This document shows, one piece after another, positions 10,085-19,616 of a DNA stretch of 64,000 bases (position 1 is the first letter of the stretch; every line of letters starts with the position of its first letter). Source of the DNA: an uncultured candidate division Zixibacteria bacterium (GTDB lineage: Bacteria; Zixibacteria; MSB-5A5; UBA10806; 4484-95). The position numbers were made by a program, and so were the translations under genes. Location of the stretch: contig CAXXKA010000008.1 of the NCBI GenBank assembly GCA_963668625.2, positions 1,120,001 through 1,184,000 of the forward strand, written 5' to 3'. The notes under the pieces were generated by a model that was given only the letters and a program-made list of their open reading frames with translations, was not told where the DNA came from and did not search any database.

Positions 10085-10591
10085 ATGAACGTACCTGAGT
10101 TTAAAATACGCGGCGCCTCACTCGATGACGAAAAAGCTGTCATGAAAGTATTCAACTATTTCGTCGAAAACAGTTACGCCGCCTATACCGAGCACTCCGA
10201 GGGTAAGGAGTTTTTCCGCCGCCTGTGGTATATCTCTCGCGGTTACCCGTTCTATGTGGCCGAAAATAAAGATGGAGAGATAGTCGGATTCGCCCTGGTA
10301 CATCCCTATTACGGCATTGGCGTTTTTCGGCGATCGGTACGGATCACCTATTTTATACTACCTCGTTACACCCGGATGGGCCTCGGTAAACGATTTCTCG
10401 ATCTTCTGACCGAAGCATGTCGGAAATCGAGTGTTGATAATATCATGGCCAGCGTCTCCAGCCGCAATCAGCAAAGTTTGGAGTTTCACAAGAAATATGG
10501 CTTTGTCGAATGCGGCCGTTTCAAGGATATCGGCCGTAAGTGGGGCAAAAGTTTCGATGAGATATGGCTGCAGCTAAAGGTGAAACCGTGA
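10085..10591 (+). CDS. GNAT N-acetyltransferase (phosphinothricin acetyltransferase-like)
   Basis: RMGLGK acetyl-CoA motif; NQQSLEFHKKYGFVECGRFKDIGRKWG. Confidence 0.85.
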   Translation: MNVPEFKIRGASLDDEKAVMKVFNYFVENSYAAYTEHSEGKEFFRRLWYISRGYPFYVAENKDGEIVGFALVHPYYGIGVFRRSVRITYFILPRYTRMGLGKRFLDLLTEACRKSSVDNIMASVSSRNQQSLEFHKKYGFVECGRFKDIGRKWGKSFDEIWLQLKVKP

Positions 10592-11001
10592 GTATATTTT
10601 TATCCAATCAACTCCCCGATGAGTATGAATATTTCGAATTGTTCGAGACCACCGGTTGGAACGAGGATTACGGAGCCAATCCCGGGCAACTTCTGGAGGT
10701 AGTGAAGCGGAGCACTTATCATGTCTCGGCTTACGCTGGTAATCGACTGATTGGGTTTGGTAGGCTGTTATCGGATGGCCTTCTGCATGCGGTTATTTTC
10801 GATGTCATAATTCATCCTGATTACCGGGGACAGGGAACGGGTAAGGCTATCATGAATGATTTGATAGACAAATGCAGGCTGTGGAAAATCCGCGATATTC
10901 AATTATTTTGCGCGGTCGATAAGGTCGGTTTCTATGAAAAGTGCGGATTCGTTCCTCGTCCGGAAAACGGCCCTGGAATGGAGATTAAAATCAAGTATTA
11001 G
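10588..11001 (+). CDS. GNAT N-acetyltransferase
   Basis: GTGA overlap with the upstream stop; LIGFGR, VIIHPDYRGQGTG and FYEKCGF. Confidence 0.85.
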   Translation: MSIFLSNQLPDEYEYFELFETTGWNEDYGANPGQLLEVVKRSTYHVSAYAGNRLIGFGRLLSDGLLHAVIFDVIIHPDYRGQGTGKAIMNDLIDKCRLWKIRDIQLFCAVDKVGFYEKCGFVPRPENGPGMEIKIKY

Positions 11002-11055
11002 AGAGATTTTCAATAAGTTATTGCAATTGATTAATCCGGAGATTATCTATTAGTA

Positions 11056-12606
11056 ATGCATAATGGCGAAACGATTTTCCAATGGTATTCTCTTCTGCCC
11101 CTGATCGGCATGTTCTTCATGTTGTCTCTTGCAGTCGTTTCACTCGTCTCCGGCCGCAAAGTTCTTCTCTGGAAAATGCTGGCTATTTTCGCGCTGCTTT
11201 TATCATTGACGGCTTTTTTCGCTTTTAAAGCAACTATTTCAACCAACGACTACGAACTTTATAAGTATGTTCGTTTCGCGCCTTTTTTTGCGGTGATGTC
11301 GGTTTTGTTCGCGGTTCATTACAGTATGCTTTTAACCGGTCAACCGAATCATATAGAGTTATTTTTCGGTCGGGCTTCCTTGAGGACATATATTTTTTTC
11401 GTAGTAATCCCACTGGGAGTTATTCTTGCCCTGGCCCTTCATAAAGGGCTGGTTTTATCGAGTGCGTACCTGACCGAACCAGGCGGCATTCGGATCGAGT
11501 ATGGCCCCCTGATAGCATTACCGCTTATAATTATCATAGGGGGATTCACGAAAATCATCATATCAATCAACAGGACTTACAGGTCATCGGTAGATAAATC
11601 TTTCCGTAAATTCCTGAGATTGAACCTGCTTGCTTTCAGGGTAACTTATGGCCCGGCTCTGGGGCTTTTTATAATTTTGCCTCTTTTCGGTATTCAGTCT
11701 CAGGTGTTTGCTTTTATCGCATTCCCCCTGGCGGTGGTTATATTCTATATCGCTATTGTCCGTTACCAGTTCGATATGGTGGATGATTTGAATCGCGGGC
11801 TCGAGAGGAAAGTCGAGGAACGTACGGCCCAGTTAAAACATGCGCAATCACGCCTGGTTCAAGCCGAAAAAATGGCCTCCCTGGGTACGCTGGCGGCGGG
11901 TGTTGCTCATGAGATAAACAATCCCATCGGCGCGGTTATCAGTATTCATGGCTCGCTGGTAAGCGCTATCGATAACCTGAAAAATTGCTTACCGCAAAAA
12001 AGGGATGACTCAGGATGCGAGAAACTCGAACAATCGCTTAAAATCATCGATGATGCCAACCGGGTGATTAACGATGGCTCCAGACGCGTGGCAGATATTG
12101 TCAGAACACTGAAAAGCTTTGCCCGTCTCGACCAGGCCGATCTGCAAAAAGCCGATATTCATATGGGTTTGGATGACACGATTAAACTAATCAGCCATCA
12201 GTTGAAAAACAGAATTACCATCGAGAAAAAATATTCCGATATCCCTGAAATTAACTGTTTCCCGGGACCTTTAAACCAGGTTTTTCTGAACATTCTCATA
12301 AACGCAATCCAGGCCATTGAAGGCGAGGGGAAGATCACTATTTCAACCTCAAAAGTCGGCGACCATATCCGGGTAGTTATCAGCGATACCGGTAAGGGAA
12401 TTTCCGCTGAAAACCTGAAAAAGATATTCGATCCGGGATACACGACTAAAGGCGTAGGCGTAGGCACCGGTTTGGGGCTTTCGATATGCTATCAGATTAT
12501 CGAGGATCATCAAGGAGAAATCAAAGTAGAAAGCGAGCCGGGCAAAGGCACGACATTCACGATTATCATTCCCGCAAATTTAAATACCGAAAATAACGGC
12601 CTGTAA
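11056..12606 (+). CDS. Membrane sensor histidine kinase (multi-TM N-terminus, HisKA + HATPase)
   Basis: About 7 TM segments; AGVAHEINNP H-box, NQVFLNILINA, DTGKG and GTGLGLSI. Confidence 0.9.
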   Translation: MHNGETIFQWYSLLPLIGMFFMLSLAVVSLVSGRKVLLWKMLAIFALLLSLTAFFAFKATISTNDYELYKYVRFAPFFAVMSVLFAVHYSMLLTGQPNHIELFFGRASLRTYIFFVVIPLGVILALALHKGLVLSSAYLTEPGGIRIEYGPLIALPLIIIIGGFTKIIISINRTYRSSVDKSFRKFLRLNLLAFRVTYGPALGLFIILPLFGIQSQVFAFIAFPLAVVIFYIAIVRYQFDMVDDLNRGLERKVEERTAQLKHAQSRLVQAEKMASLGTLAAGVAHEINNPIGAVISIHGSLVSAIDNLKNCLPQKRDDSGCEKLEQSLKIIDDANRVINDGSRRVADIVRTLKSFARLDQADLQKADIHMGLDDTIKLISHQLKNRITIEKKYSDIPEINCFPGPLNQVFLNILINAIQAIEGEGKITISTSKVGDHIRVVISDTGKGISAENLKKIFDPGYTTKGVGVGTGLGLSICYQIIEDHQGEIKVESEPGKGTTFTIIIPANLNTENNGL

Positions 12607-12607
12607 A

Positions 12608-12637
12608 AGAAAAAGACGGGCTGGGGGGCAGCCCGTC
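12608..12637 (-). terminator. Intrinsic terminator between convergent genes
   Basis: GACGGGCTG-ggggg-CAGCCCGTC preceded by an A-rich run (U-tract on the minus strand). Confidence 0.7.
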
Positions 12638-12675
12638 ATTGGGGTTATAGGCAACAGATACAGGTTAATGTCTTT

Positions 12676-13275
12676 TTAGTCGGCGATGGCATATTTCGAG
12701 AAGTGATGAATCTCGAAACTAGCGCTACCGTTCCTCAGGTTTTTGCCATCCACGGCAACCCAGTTTCTGTGATCCGGATTGTACCAGTAGAGGTACTCAC
12801 TGCTGCTACCGCTGTACTGATACGGTTGATGCAGGACAAGCGGTTCTTTAAACTCGGCGCCACCGGGCGTACACTCGTAATAGTACACCACTCCATCCGA
12901 CGTATACCACTTCTCTGCCCTTATGAAGATATAGAGCCTTTCGCCGAACTTGTTTTTATCAAAGGCGTTTTCAGGAACTGAAATCTTGATGGTTTTGCCA
13001 TCGATGACGAATGAGGTTACGCTTGCCGCACTGCTAATCTCGAAACCGTGGGCAACCTTGCTGATTGAATAGACATTCAATTCGCCTTTTGCCAGTCCGG
13101 GAGTTTTCGCGTTCAGCTCTTTAGCCAAATCTACGGATTGGATGGCCAATAAGTCAGTATTAGCAGGTTCGTTCGAGGTAATCTGATTGTCGGAACACGC
13201 AGTGAATAGTAATAGTGTAAATAAGATAATCGATATGCCCCTGAATTTCTTTAACAACCCTTTACCTTTCCTCAT
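12676..13275 (-). CDS. Hypothetical lipoprotein (ZU5-like C-terminus possible)
   Basis: SD GGAGG before ATG13275; lipobox LFTAC; ends ...FEIHHFSKYAIAD. Confidence 0.65.
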   Translation of the reverse strand: MRKGKGLLKKFRGISIILFTLLLFTACSDNQITSNEPANTDLLAIQSVDLAKELNAKTPGLAKGELNVYSISKVAHGFEISSAASVTSFVIDGKTIKISVPENAFDKNKFGERLYIFIRAEKWYTSDGVVYYYECTPGGAEFKEPLVLHQPYQYSGSSSEYLYWYNPDHRNWVAVDGKNLRNGSASFEIHHFSKYAIAD

Positions 13276-13474
13276 ACTTCCTCCCTTCTTACTTGTCATT
13301 TTAGGTTCTTTATATACAAATAGCGTACCCTCGATAATAAAAAATAAGATGTTGATTCATAACATGTTATAAAAATGGGTCTGGAAACGTTATGGGGAAC
13401 ACGCAATAGGTTATAGGATAATTCCCATAATTTTTCAGCTAAATGGATTTGTTAAACTAAAAGAGTTAAGTTAA

Positions 13475-15595
13475 TCAGAGTTTACCGGCGCGGATTTTTT
13501 CATCCAATTGATAAGCGCCTTCCATCAGAATTGCATCATTGGAAAGTTGATTGTTGGGCGCGGGAAGTTGGCTCTCATCAACAGGTTCCACATGCCAGTT
13601 GCCATCGGTCCAGGTCATTCCCTCATAGATAGCCTCGGCGCCTGCTTTTTCGCCTAAACGGGCGTATATAATATTTCCTTTATCCAGGCAAACCTCAAGC
13701 TGCATATTCGGTTGCGCGTTGGGAGTGATTGTCAGCCGAGCGGTTTTTCGACCCGGTGAAAGGGCTTGCATCAAATCGATAAGGCTCATATCGGAAAGCC
13801 GGCCCCTGGCGCCCGATCCCTGGGAGTTATCCCCGGTTCGACCGGCTTGAACCTGGCTTATGATCTTTTTTATCTTCACTAGCAGTAAGTCATAATTGCC
13901 GTTAATGGTTATGACATCCTCAATGCCTCTATCGTAAACCGAGGCTAATTGGCTGGATATCTCTTTTTCCGCCAGTATAAATGTCGGTATCTTCTTGATA
14001 TTTATTTCGTTATGTTCCAGCTCATCGAGTATTGCGGTAATTTCCTCTGCCGTTTTCTTAAATGCCAGAAGTAATATATCGGGTGTACTGCGCTTAACCA
14101 GGCTAATTACCGATTCGACATCGCTTTCCGATAGTATGCGGTAACCCTCGTTTTTCAACCTCAATTCCAGAGGATACGAGTATTCCGGCAAGTTGGAGAA
14201 AATAAATACCTGGCCGACTCCGGCATTGGTATGGATATCCAGTATTTCCTCTTGCATCATGGCGATAAACGCCTCAACTACCTCGTTTAAGAACAGTTTA
14301 CCGGAAAGATCGCGGAGTTTCTTTTTTACCGTGTCCAGTTTTTCCAATGTCAGTTTCTGATCGAGTTGGATGTTTTCACAGAAAAGATCGACTATCGTAA
14401 TGATATTTCCACCGAGGCTTTCAATCGGCAGGCTATTAGAATATTCGGCAGTTAAATCCTGGTACATTGAATAGATTATACTCAGTATTACCGGTGGATA
14501 ATCGAGCGACTGTAATAGTTTGGCCGATAAGTCAATCTGTTCCTTGTAGTCTTTTTCACTGGTGTTGGGGTAGTAGTATTTGGCAATATCGTGAAGATAG
14601 GCGGCGTTGGTGATAACCATAGTATCCTCGACAGGTATGCCTAGTTTGCGGCAAAGCTTTTCGGTATATCGTCCGACCGTACCGCTATGATTGTCTGTCA
14701 GACCGTCTTTCGTGGAAAGAAGCGAGGTTAGAAGTGTCAGGTTACGATCGAGTATCAGGCCGGCGGTTTCGTATGACTTTTCGCTCAAGACCAAATCGGA
14801 TGATTTTGAGTATTTGATTATCCGTGTGCGAGGTGATTTCTTGCGAATTTTACTGAAAAAACCGGAGGCGCAATCGTACAGCGATTCCTTGATAATGACA
14901 GTTTTGTATTGATTCTCATCGACTAATTTTTGTGCCTGTTCGAGTGTTTCACATATCGTGGTTTTGTAATCATCCCTGGCAAGTATGGTTTGATATAAAG
15001 ACCCGGAGTATTCCTCATCGGTAATAAACAGGATTGTCTTGCTTTCGGTTTTTTCCAACGGCCTGTGGGATTCAACCTGGGTGGTTTCATCGGTGATATT
15101 CAAATCCGGAATATTGAGAGATAATTTCTCGTTAATATTGGTATTCTGGCCGTGAACATACTTCCTGATGGCGGTATCCAGGGCCAATTCGGCGGCTACG
15201 TATAATTTCACGAATTTGCCTTGTACCAGGTAATTGATATCATTAATCAATTGCTGATCGGTGGGATCCTCGCAGGCGATTTTTAAGGTGTTTGTCTTAT
15301 TATCATATTCGAACGGAACGATTTTGCGGGTCACGATTTGTTTGGCCGGTAACATCCCGATAACCTCCTCGGAGATTTCAAGATTGGAGAGGATGATACC
15401 ATCGCATTGAAGCTGATTGGCCAGGGCCTTAATCAGAGTAGCCTCATCGATGATCCGGTAATACATCAACTGCGAACCGAACCGTCCACCGTTAGCTTTC
15501 TGACGTAACAGGGCCTCGGTTACCTGTTCGGGGGTAACCAGTCCGTCTTCGAGGAGTATCTCATCCAGGCGTTTTCTTTTCGGAACCTGTGCCAT
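13475..15595 (-). CDS. MshEN/GspE-N + receiver-like + HD + receiver-like + DUF4388 signalling protein
   Basis: RLDEILLEDGLV...ALLRQ and RFGSQL MshEN-like repeats; HS...LHDIAK HD motif; C-terminal GRLSDMSLIDLMQAL...GNIIYA. Confidence 0.75.
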   Translation of the reverse strand: MAQVPKRKRLDEILLEDGLVTPEQVTEALLRQKANGGRFGSQLMYYRIIDEATLIKALANQLQCDGIILSNLEISEEVIGMLPAKQIVTRKIVPFEYDNKTNTLKIACEDPTDQQLINDINYLVQGKFVKLYVAAELALDTAIRKYVHGQNTNINEKLSLNIPDLNITDETTQVESHRPLEKTESKTILFITDEEYSGSLYQTILARDDYKTTICETLEQAQKLVDENQYKTVIIKESLYDCASGFFSKIRKKSPRTRIIKYSKSSDLVLSEKSYETAGLILDRNLTLLTSLLSTKDGLTDNHSGTVGRYTEKLCRKLGIPVEDTMVITNAAYLHDIAKYYYPNTSEKDYKEQIDLSAKLLQSLDYPPVILSIIYSMYQDLTAEYSNSLPIESLGGNIITIVDLFCENIQLDQKLTLEKLDTVKKKLRDLSGKLFLNEVVEAFIAMMQEEILDIHTNAGVGQVFIFSNLPEYSYPLELRLKNEGYRILSESDVESVISLVKRSTPDILLLAFKKTAEEITAILDELEHNEINIKKIPTFILAEKEISSQLASVYDRGIEDVITINGNYDLLLVKIKKIISQVQAGRTGDNSQGSGARGRLSDMSLIDLMQALSPGRKTARLTITPNAQPNMQLEVCLDKGNIIYARLGEKAGAEAIYEGMTWTDGNWHVEPVDESQLPAPNNQLSNDAILMEGAYQLDEKIRAGKL

Positions 15596-16686
15596 TATAA
15601 TTTACTGAATTCCATGCTGGTTTTTGTAGTTTTAGTAACATCTATCATAAATTGATCCGGGTTTATCGCCACCCGCATTGCCTCCTCGGGGGTGATAGTG
15701 TTACTTTTTAGCAGTTCCCTTAGATGATCATCCAGAAGTTGCATACCTTTTTTCTTACCGGTTTGAATAACCGTTTGAATCTGATGGGTTTTGTTCTCGC
15801 GTATCAGATTGGAGAGGGAGGTATTATGCGCCAGAAGTTCATAGGCAACACATCTACCGGAACCATCAGCCTTGCGAACCAGTTGTTGGGCCACCACACC
15901 GAGTAATGTCTCGGAAAGCATAATCCTGATCTGCTGCTGCTGATCCGCCGGGAAAACATCAATAATGCGGTTTATCGTACTCGAGGCGGTTCTGGTATGA
16001 AGCGTACCAAGTACCAAAAGCCCTACCTCGGCGGCGGTTACCGCCAGTGAAATGGTCTCGGTATCGCGCATTTCGCCCACCAGGATGACATCGGGGTCCT
16101 CACGTAAACAGGCGCGCAGAGCCATCGGGAAAGACTCCGAATGCATACCGATCTGGCGCTGTGAGATAAGCGAGTTTTTATTGCCATGAACCATCTCGAT
16201 GGGATCCTCCAGCGTTATTACATGCTTGGAGTAGTTGGTATTGATATGGTCGACCATGGCGGCCAGGGTAGTGGTTTTACCGCTGTTAGTCGGGCCGGTT
16301 ACGAGTATGATACCGGCTTTGTTATCGGTAAGGTTTACCACGGCATCGCTGAAACCGAGGGTCTGTAAGTCCCTGATACTATCCTCGATTATACGAATGG
16401 CCGCGCCGATTCCGTGGAATGTTTGATACAGGTTCACCCGGAAGCGGGCTACGTTTTTAATACCGTAAGAAAAATCAAGATCGCCGGATTTTTCGAATTG
16501 TTTGATTTGCGTATCGGAAAGCATTTCATACACGAGTTGCTTGATTCCCTCGCCGGTCAATTTCGCCGAGTGGGTTTTCTCGAGCCGCCCGTGGACGCGT
16601 ACTATGGGGACGGAGCCAACGTTCAAGTGAAGATCCGAGGCATCCGCCTGCTTGATTATTTCTAAAAGTTGATCTATTTTAGCCAT
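15595..16686 (-). CDS. pilT: Type IV pilus retraction ATPase PilT
   Basis: ASDLHL, GPTNSGKTTT, TLEDPIE, REDPDVILVGEMRD, GTLHT and NLIRE. Confidence 0.92.
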   Translation of the reverse strand: MAKIDQLLEIIKQADASDLHLNVGSVPIVRVHGRLEKTHSAKLTGEGIKQLVYEMLSDTQIKQFEKSGDLDFSYGIKNVARFRVNLYQTFHGIGAAIRIIEDSIRDLQTLGFSDAVVNLTDNKAGIILVTGPTNSGKTTTLAAMVDHINTNYSKHVITLEDPIEMVHGNKNSLISQRQIGMHSESFPMALRACLREDPDVILVGEMRDTETISLAVTAAEVGLLVLGTLHTRTASSTINRIIDVFPADQQQQIRIMLSETLLGVVAQQLVRKADGSGRCVAYELLAHNTSLSNLIRENKTHQIQTVIQTGKKKGMQLLDDHLRELLKSNTITPEEAMRVAINPDQFMIDVTKTTKTSMEFSKL

Positions 16687-16715
16687 AACGCTTAAAGACT
16701 ATTCCTTTTTTAGAT

Positions 16716-16742
16716 GTATCGGAAATTTTTATCGGGAGTTGA
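16716..16742 (-). promoter_or_regulatory. Sigma28-like promoter of the pilT operon
   Basis: TCAA-N15-TCCGATAC on the minus strand, 30 nt before the pilT ATG. Confidence 0.5.
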
Positions 16743-16978
16743 CAGAAGAATAAATAAAGTTTTATCGATCGTTTGATCGGTAACACCATTCAATGTTTTA
16801 AACATTGTTATTAATATAGGGATAGATTTCTATCCAGAGTTACCGGGCGAGAAAAATAGTGAATCAAAGGCTTTATCTGCCCGCCATCAAGATTTCAGTA
16901 TTTTAATCCCATTCAATTGTTTGCGGATAGGACTTTCGTTTATTATTATTAGGGTAAATATAAAAACCTGGAGACAAT

Positions 16979-19183
16979 ATGAATCCTATATATCTTGATT
17001 ATAACGCCACTACCCCGATAGACCCCCGGGTTGCCGAGGATATGATCCCTTTCGTTACCGATCATTTCGGCAATCCCTCGAGCGGGCATAGTTTCGGTAT
17101 CACCACGAAAAAGGCGGTCGAGAAAGCCCGCAAGCAATTGGCCGATATGCTTGGATGTCAGTTGGATGAGATCATCTTTACCAGCGGTGGTTCGGAATCC
17201 AACAACTATGCCATAAAAGGAATAGCCCGGGCTTATCGTGACAAAGGCAATCATATCATAACCTCAGCAGTGGAACATCCCGCGGTATTGGAGGTTTGCC
17301 GTTTCCTCGAGGGGGATGGATTGAAGGTCACGTATTTGCCGGTGGATCAATACGGCCTCGTCGATCCGTTACAGGTGGAAAAAGCGATTACGCCTCAGAC
17401 GATATTGATAACGGTCATGCATGCCAATAACGAGGTCGGCACGATCGAACCGATACGCGAGATTGCCGATATCGCCCACGCTCAGGGTATATTGATGCAT
17501 TCCGATTGCGCCCAGTCGATCGGGAAAATACCGGTGAACGTTATTGAATTGGGAGTGGATTTGCTCTCTGTAGCCGGTCATAAATTATACGCGCCGAAAG
17601 GTATCGGGGCGTTGTATATCAAAAATGGCGTGAAATTGGAAAAACAGGTTCACGGCGCGGATCACGAGAGAAACCTTCGCGCCGGTACCGAAAACGTAAT
17701 CGAGATTGTAGGCCTGGGCAAAGCCTGCGAGTTGATAAACAACGAATTCGATAAACATACCGCTTATCTACGTAAAACCCGCGATCAGCTGGAAGATGGT
17801 ATTAAAACTAATTTTCCTGATATCAGTATTAACGGTCATCCCGATAGACGGTTGCCGAATACTTTGAGTGTCAGTTTCCGGGGGCTGGAGGCCAACACTA
17901 TCCTTTCCGAACTCAGCGGCATAGCGGCCTCGGCGGGCGCGGCCTGCCATAGCGATAATGTCGAAGTGTCGAGTGTGCTGGAGGCGATGAAATTACCACT
18001 CGAATACGCCATGGGAACGATACGGTTCTCGGTCGGACGGTTCACCACAATGGAGGAGATCGATAAGGCGCTGGAGGAGATAGTCGATGTCGTTGGCAGG
18101 CTCACACCGGGCCAGTCGCCGGTTCTAGCCGGTGTCGATACGGGCGAATACAAACTGACCCGGTACACTCATGGCCTGGGTTGCGCCTGCAAACTAAGGC
18201 CGCAACTTCTGGAGGAGACATTAAAGAAACTGCCCGTGCCCGATGATATCAATATCCTGGTTGGCGCTGATACCTCCGATGACGCGGCGGTCTATCGTAT
18301 CGATGATAATACGGCGATCGTGCAGACGGTCGATTTTTTCACGCCCATAGTCGATGATCCTTATCAGTTCGGGGCTATCGCGGCGGCTAACTCGTTAAGC
18401 GATATTTACGCTATGGGCGCCCGGCCTCTTTTCGCGTTAAATATCGTAGGTTTCCCCAGCAATCGTCTACCTATGACGGTACTGGAGAGTATTTTGAAAG
18501 GCGCCCAGTCCAAGGCCGAGGAGGCGGGTATTTCGATTATCGGCGGGCATACCGTGGATGATACCGAGCCGAAATACGGTATGGCCGTAACCGGCGTGAT
18601 TAATCCCGACAAAGTACTGGCCAATAACAAAGCCCGGGCCGGCGATATGCTGATACTCACAAAACCTATCGGAACGGGTATTTTATCCACAGCTTTAAAA
18701 CAGGGATTACTGGAAAACGAACGGATTGATATACTCGTGAAAACGATGTCGGCTTTGAATAAGACTGCGGCCGAGACAATGGCTCGATTCGAGGTTCATA
18801 GCTGTACCGATATAACCGGTTTCGGCCTGCTGGGTCATCTACTGGAGATGATGAGAGGCTCGGCCGCCTCGGCAGTGTTATCGTACGAGAGTATACCTAC
18901 CCTGCCCGGCGCGATGGATATGGCCTCCGCGGGTATTATCCCCGGCGGCACCAACGATAATTTCAGCTATACCGAAAATCATGTCGAATATGAGGAAACG
19001 TTATCACGGACCAAGAGGTTAATCGTAAATGATGCCCAGACCTCGGGTGGATTGTTGATAGCAGTTTCCGAATGTGACACCGAGCCGCTCTTGAAACAGC
19101 TCAAGAGCGCCGGTCTCGATTCGGCCTCGATAATCGGCAGGGTGAATACACGAGATGATAGAGCTATCAGGGTGGAAAATTAA
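16979..19183 (+). CDS. selD: Cysteine desulfurase/selenocysteine lyase (NifS-like) fused to selenide,water dikinase
   Basis: N-terminal YLDYNATTP, AGHK and SAGAACHS; C-terminal HGLGCACK, DDAAVY, QTVDFFTP, TDITGFGLLGH and DAQTSGGLL; one uninterrupted frame. Confidence 0.92.
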   Translation: MNPIYLDYNATTPIDPRVAEDMIPFVTDHFGNPSSGHSFGITTKKAVEKARKQLADMLGCQLDEIIFTSGGSESNNYAIKGIARAYRDKGNHIITSAVEHPAVLEVCRFLEGDGLKVTYLPVDQYGLVDPLQVEKAITPQTILITVMHANNEVGTIEPIREIADIAHAQGILMHSDCAQSIGKIPVNVIELGVDLLSVAGHKLYAPKGIGALYIKNGVKLEKQVHGADHERNLRAGTENVIEIVGLGKACELINNEFDKHTAYLRKTRDQLEDGIKTNFPDISINGHPDRRLPNTLSVSFRGLEANTILSELSGIAASAGAACHSDNVEVSSVLEAMKLPLEYAMGTIRFSVGRFTTMEEIDKALEEIVDVVGRLTPGQSPVLAGVDTGEYKLTRYTHGLGCACKLRPQLLEETLKKLPVPDDINILVGADTSDDAAVYRIDDNTAIVQTVDFFTPIVDDPYQFGAIAAANSLSDIYAMGARPLFALNIVGFPSNRLPMTVLESILKGAQSKAEEAGISIIGGHTVDDTEPKYGMAVTGVINPDKVLANNKARAGDMLILTKPIGTGILSTALKQGLLENERIDILVKTMSALNKTAAETMARFEVHSCTDITGFGLLGHLLEMMRGSAASAVLSYESIPTLPGAMDMASAGIIPGGTNDNFSYTENHVEYEETLSRTKRLIVNDAQTSGGLLIAVSECDTEPLLKQLKSAGLDSASIIGRVNTRDDRAIRVEN

Positions 19184-19196
19184 CTGCGGGAATGAT

Positions 19197-19616
19197 ATGA
19201 AACTACTGATGATTTATGCGGACAGTTTCGGTTATAAAACCAGTATGAAAACACTGGAGGATATGCCGGATTCGGATGAGACGAGATCTTATGAAAAAGC
19301 TGTCGTGGGATTTATTCAAATAGAGAAACGCGATGAGGAAAACTTATCGTATATCGAAACCAAGCTAGTTAAAAATCTCAAATGGGCGGCGGGCAAGAAT
19401 AACACCAGGGTGATAATTCTGCATTCGTTCGCTCATCTTTCCGAGAGCAAAGCCGAACCGGAAAACACCAGGCAGTTATTCGACAGCGCCGAGAGCCGAC
19501 TGGTGAAATCGGGTTACGAGGTTTATCAAACGCCGTTCGGCTACTTCCTCGATCTGGACTTGCAAGCGCCGGGCACACCGCTGGCCAGGCTGTTCAAGGA
19601 TATTCAGGTTGGCTGA
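19197..19616 (+). CDS. Free-standing archaeal-type threonyl-tRNA synthetase editing domain
   Basis: MKLLMIY start; HSFAHLS (cf. YPYAHLS) and TPFGYF (cf. APFGWY) motifs. Confidence 0.75.
   Translation: MKLLMIYADSFGYKTSMKTLEDMPDSDETRSYEKAVVGFIQIEKRDEENLSYIETKLVKNLKWAAGKNNTRVIILHSFAHLSESKAEPENTRQLFDSAESRLVKSGYEVYQTPFGYFLDLDLQAPGTPLARLFKDIQVG

Noticed and set aside
13316-13331. Sigma54-like site (GG-N10-GT) upstream of the lipoprotein gene
   Set aside because: It lacks the conserved -12 GC and is too weak to call.
18176-18193. Possible selenocysteine (TGA) in SelD or other redox genes
   Set aside because: The SelD site uses TGC codons, and the redox ORFs are full length with no in-frame TGA needing read-through.
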